Shown in pieces: positions 28,827-32,000 of a DNA stretch of 32,000 nt. The stretch is from Bdellovibrionales bacterium (lineage in GTDB: Bacteria > Bdellovibrionota > Bdellovibrionia > Bdellovibrionales > UBA1609): assembly GCA_965247685.1 (NCBI GenBank), contig OZ252021.1, positions 690,001-722,000 on the forward strand, given 5' to 3'. A model generated the notes under the pieces. The model saw only the letters and a program-made list of their open reading frames with translations. It did no database searches and was not told where the DNA came from. A program made the translations under genes and the position numbers. Each line of letters begins with the position of its first letter. Positions within the stretch are counted from its first letter, which is position 1.

Positions 28827-29201
28827 ATGCCAACTTTGAATCAATTAGTTCGAAATAAACGGGTGGCTTCTCGCAATAGAACCAAGTCTCCTGCTTTAGC
28901 TCGATGTCCTCAAAAAAGGGGCGTGTGTATTCGTGTATTTACTTTGACACCTAAAAAACCAAACTCTGCTTTAAGAAAAGTTGCAAGAGTGCGCTTATCT
29001 AATGGTTATGAAGTGAATTCTTACATTCCAGGAATTGGACATAATTTGCAAGAGCATAGTGTGGTTTTAGTTCGTGGGGGTCGAGTGAAGGATCTTCCTG
29101 GAGTGAAGTACCATATTGTTCGAGGAACTTTAGATGGGCAAGGTGTTGAAAATCGTAGGCGAGGTCGATCTAAATATGGCAGTAAAAAGCCTAAGCAATA
29201 A
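28827..29201 (+). CDS. rpsL: 30S ribosomal protein S12
   Basis: [12 protein letters not shown]...[19 protein letters not shown]. Confidence 0.98.
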   Translation: MPTLNQLVRNKRVASRNRTKSPALARCPQKRGVCIRVFTLTPKKPNSALRKVARVRLSNGYEVNSYIPGIGHNLQEHSVVLVRGGRVKDLPGVKYHIVRGTLDGQGVENRRRGRSKYGSKKPKQ

Positions 29202-29218
29202 TTTTTAGTAGGTCTGTT

Positions 29219-29695
29219 ATGTCGAGAAGAAATAGAAAGATTGATAAAAGAGAACCTGTTGTTGATCCAAAATATGCAGATGTCACTTTGGGGCATTTCA
29301 CGAGTAAATTAATGTGGGATGGAAAAAAGGAACTCGCCCGAAGAATTATTTACAAAGCTTTTGATGAAATTGAAAAGAGGTCTTCTCAAGAAGATCCTTT
29401 ATCTGTGTTTAAGAAAGCACTTGAAAATTGTAGACCTTCTTTAGAGGTTCGTTCTCGAAGGGTAGGGGGTGCGACTTATCAGGTTCCTGTAGATGTGAGA
29501 CAAGCTCGTCGTACAACTTTAGCTATGCGTTGGCTGATACTTCATTCTCGATCTCGAAAAGAAAAGACTATGGCTTCTCGGTTAGCTGCGGAGTTGCTTG
29601 ATGCGTACAATAATAAAGGGTTATCCATTAAGAAGAAGGAAGATGTTCATCGTATGGCAGAAGCTAATCGTGCTTTTTCTCACTACAATTGGTAA
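29219..29695 (+). CDS. rpsG: 30S ribosomal protein S7
   Basis: S7 family sequence ([17 protein letters not shown]...[13 protein letters not shown]). Confidence 0.98.
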   Translation: MSRRNRKIDKREPVVDPKYADVTLGHFTSKLMWDGKKELARRIIYKAFDEIEKRSSQEDPLSVFKKALENCRPSLEVRSRRVGGATYQVPVDVRQARRTTLAMRWLILHSRSRKEKTMASRLAAELLDAYNNKGLSIKKKEDVHRMAEANRAFSHYNW

Positions 29696-29813
29696 TAAGG
29701 TAGTGATGTTTGTTCTCAAAATAGAGAAAACAACAATCTCGAAATTTATATCTCCTGGAAATGTCGCTGGTATAGCGAGCAAGCAGCAGGATTAATAAAA
29801 AATATTACGGTTA

Positions 29814-29870
29814 TTTCTGATTTGACTGGGTTACACAATAGGAAAGTATGATGGCGGCAGGATTCGAACC
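29814..29870. repeat. Direct repeat copy 1: orphan copy of the tRNA-Arg 3' end (22 nt) plus 35 nt of its downstream flank
   Basis: 55/57 nt identical to 29988-30044. Beyond 29870 the sequence cannot complete a T-arm, so this is a tRNA fragment and not a gene. Confidence 0.85.
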
Positions 29871-29960
29871 GGAGACCAGCGCAGGCAAACGCCGGAGTTG
29901 GTCGAGTGATTCTGTAGTATCGAGTATGAATAATTCTTTAACTTTTTTAAAGTTTCCTAG

Positions 29961-29985
29961 AAAAAAGCTATGGGATAGCTTTTTT
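29961..29985. terminator. Bidirectional terminator-like hairpin between rpsG and tRNA-Arg
   Basis: AAAAA-AGCTAT-GGG-ATAGCT-TTTTT. It gives a stem plus U-run on either strand, but the stem is short (6 bp). Confidence 0.4.
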
Positions 29986-29987
29986 CG

Positions 29988-30044
29988 TTTCTGATCTGAC
30001 TGGGTTACATAATAGGAAAGTATGATGGCGGCAGGATTCGAACC
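29988..30044. repeat. Direct repeat copy 2 (overlaps the 3' end of the intact tRNA-Arg)
   Basis: See copy 1. The two mismatches are gatTtg/gatCtg and acaCaat/acaTaat. Confidence 0.85.
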
Positions 30045-30096
30045 TGCGACCTACAGCTTAGAAGGCTGTTGCTCTATCCAGCTGAGCTACGCCACC
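30023..30096 (-). tRNA. tRNA-Arg (anticodon UCU)
   Basis: Minus strand: acceptor GGTGGCG/CGCCATC, D arm GCTC-AGCTGGATA-GAGC, anticodon arm ACAGC-CTTCTAA-GCTGT, T arm GCAGG-TTCGAAT-CCTGC. Confidence 0.88.
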
Positions 30097-30098
30097 AT

Positions 30099-31403
30099 TT
30101 AGATATCTGTTTTGCCATAAAATTTTAAAATTACAAAGCCTATAGTACCTGCGAATAAAGATGCTAAAAATATCGAAATTTTAGAATAATTTGATAAAAT
30201 CATGTCGTAATCCAAACTCAAGCTACTAATAAATAAAGCCATAGTAAAACCGATTCCAGCTAGAAATCCAACGCCTAAGATATGCAAGGGACGCACATGA
30301 GAGGGCCAACGAGTCCATTTCATTCGAACTGCCATCCATGAGAATAAAAATACTCCTACAGGTTTTCCAATAAGTAAGCCTAAAAAAACCCCCATAAATA
30401 CGGAGCTTGAGAAAAATTGAGTGGTATTAAATTGGTCATCGAGCCTGACACCAGAATTGAAAAAAGCAAAAACAGGCATTATAAAGAAGATGACAAAATA
30501 GTGCAGTCGATCAATGAGAAACTGAGCAGGTGACTGTAGAGATCTAAGTAACCACTTTATTTTTTCTAATTGATAAGTTGTAGGCTTTTGTTCATCCATG
30601 AGTTGTTTTAGTTTTTCATTTATTTTAGCTTTTTTAGAAGCTGGAGGTTTTACCGGTGTGAGTAATCCTAGGATGACACCAGCAATAGTAGCATGAATAC
30701 CACTCTTTAAAATTGCAAACCATAGAACTACACCTAATATTATATACACGATGAAGCTTTGTACGCGTAGTTGCTTCACAATAAATATTAGAAACACTGT
30801 TAAACCAGCAAAAGTGATCCAAAATTCAGATATCTTAGCGGAGTAAAAAAAGGCAATAACTAAAATAGCACCTAGGTCATCAATAGTGGCTAAAGCCAGT
30901 AAGAAAATTTTTAATGTGAAAGGAATTTGTCTAGAAACAAAGGCCAGAATACCTAATGCAAAAGCAATATCTGTTGCCATAGGGATTCCCCAGCCTACAG
31001 CGCTTGGTGTATTCATATTAAAGAATAAGTAAATCAGAGCTGGAACAACCATACCTCCTAAGGCAGCTATCAAAGGTAAAAACACTTCCGTTCTTGAAGA
31101 AAGGGAGCCTATCGTCATCTCTTGTTTTAATTCTAACCCAATGAGAAAAAAGAAGATCACCATCAGACCATCATTAACCCAATGTTGGAGTGACATTGTG
31201 AGTATATGGCTACCTACACCAATGGATAAAGGATAGTGTATTAAAGAATAATACAATTCAGAAAGATTAGAGTTCGCAGCTATTAAGGCGAGTAGAGTTG
31301 TGAACAGTAAGACAATACCACTACTTGCTTGCAGCTTTAAAAATCGCTCAATAGGAGTTAAAATTTTTTTGACTAAAGTCGATTCGTCCATACTTTGTTC
31401 CAT
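30099..31403 (-). CDS. nhaA: Na+/H+ antiporter NhaA
   Basis: Polytopic membrane protein with NhaA signatures (FLKLQASSGIVLLFTTLLALIAANS; LALATIDDLGAILVIAFFY). Confidence 0.9.
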   Translation of the reverse strand: MEQSMDESTLVKKILTPIERFLKLQASSGIVLLFTTLLALIAANSNLSELYYSLIHYPLSIGVGSHILTMSLQHWVNDGLMVIFFFLIGLELKQEMTIGSLSSRTEVFLPLIAALGGMVVPALIYLFFNMNTPSAVGWGIPMATDIAFALGILAFVSRQIPFTLKIFLLALATIDDLGAILVIAFFYSAKISEFWITFAGLTVFLIFIVKQLRVQSFIVYIILGVVLWFAILKSGIHATIAGVILGLLTPVKPPASKKAKINEKLKQLMDEQKPTTYQLEKIKWLLRSLQSPAQFLIDRLHYFVIFFIMPVFAFFNSGVRLDDQFNTTQFFSSSVFMGVFLGLLIGKPVGVFLFSWMAVRMKWTRWPSHVRPLHILGVGFLAGIGFTMALFISSLSLDYDMILSNYSKISIFLASLFAGTIGFVILKFYGKTDI

Positions 31404-31482
31404 ACTAAGTAAAGATATTATTATAGAAAACGACGGGATTTGTCACCTAATATTCGAAGATACATTGATGTATTAATTTTAA

Positions 31483-31511
31483 TTGTCAAAATATGTAACT
31501 CTATTTAAAGT
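31483..31511 (+). promoter_or_regulatory. Candidate sigma70-type promoter for serA
   Basis: TTGTCA, a 17-nt spacer, then TAAAGT, about 28 nt upstream of the serA ATG. Confidence 0.3.
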
Positions 31512-31538
31512 AGTTATTATCTGTATAGAGGATCATAA

Positions 31539-32000
31539 TGAGTAAAAAAATTCTTTTAATTGAAGGTATTAACAAAGAGGCTGAAGTTTTTTTTAAAACG
31601 CAAGGCTTTTTTGTTGAGAAGCTAGAATCCGCAGCGATCGAAAAAGAAATTATTCAAAAAGGTGACATTTCTGCTTTAGGTATTCGATCTCGAACTCAGT
31701 TAATGGATAGCTTTTTTAAACAAACTCATTCCTTATTAACGGTGGGGGCTTTTTGTATTGGAGTGAACCAAATAGATTTGAAGTCTGCTGCTTCTCACGG
31801 AGTGGCAGTTTTTAATTCTCCTTATAGCAATACTCGTTCTGTGGCAGAGCTCACCATTGCTAATATTGTGAATCTGAGTCGAAAAATTACCTATCTAAGT
31901 CATCTTGCACATTCAGGACAGTGGAAAAAAACTTCTCAGCAGTCTTATGAGATTAGAGGTAAAACTTTGGGTATTGTAGGGTATGGTCACATAGGAAGTC
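31539..32000 (+). CDS. serA: D-3-phosphoglycerate dehydrogenase, N-terminal part (3' end beyond window)
   Basis: My own translation from the ATG at 31539 (GAGGA Shine-Dalgarno) is collinear with E. coli SerA: LGIRSRTQL, CIGVNQIDL, VFNSPYSNTRSVAEL, RGKTLGIVGYGHIGS. The frame is open to the window end and the ORF is absent from the ORF track. Confidence 0.85.

Noticed and set aside
29598-29795. 65-aa ORF overlapping the 3' end of rpsG
   Set aside because: It overlaps the conserved S7 frame by about 100 nt, has no Shine-Dalgarno and resembles no family.
29850-29915. Possible second (pseudo-)tRNA at the orphan tRNA-Arg 3' fragment
   Set aside because: Upstream of the ggttcgaatcctgcc block, the sequence (ctggtctcc) cannot pair to form the T-stem, and no D or anticodon arm can be drawn. 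It is only a 3' fragment.

Overview
AT-rich segment of a Gram-negative (diderm) bacterial chromosome. The lineage cannot be assigned from sequence alone. RNA polymerase carries E. coli-type beta SI2 and beta' SI3 insertions, TonB machinery is present, and the tRNA order matches E. coli thrU-tyrU-glyT-thrT-tufB.

Layout:
- (1) 1-4.8 kb: 3' end of a TonB-dependent receptor, then a TonB2-type operon (DUF3450/TtpB-like, long MotA/ExbB TtpC-like, ExbB, ExbD, TonB).
- (2) 4.9-9.1 kb: folate genes folB and a fused folK-folP, a 219-nt gap, a CofE-family (FolC2-like) ligase, then a secreted GH3 NagZ-like hydrolase.
- (3) 9.1-15.4 kb: the conserved tRNA-Thr(UGU)/Tyr/Gly/Thr(GGU)-tuf array, split by two inserted gene sets. 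The first holds a small lipoprotein, an hflX pseudogene remnant, a solitary KAP-family P-loop NTPase, an intact hflX and dps. The second holds a repeat-containing membrane protein and grxB.
- (4) 15.7-29.7 kb: tuf, tRNA-Trp, secE, nusG, rplKAJL, rpoBC, rpsL, rpsG.
- (5) 29.7-32 kb: a synteny break (no fusA) at a tRNA-Arg(UCU) whose 3' end plus flank is duplicated 174 bp away, then nhaA and the 5' part of serA.

I found no CRISPR array, transposase, integrase or rRNA. The best candidate for something new is the KAP NTPase cassette, which is bracketed by hflX-derived debris inside the tRNA-tuf operon. It is a single gene with no visible partner effector, so any system-level claim is inference only.
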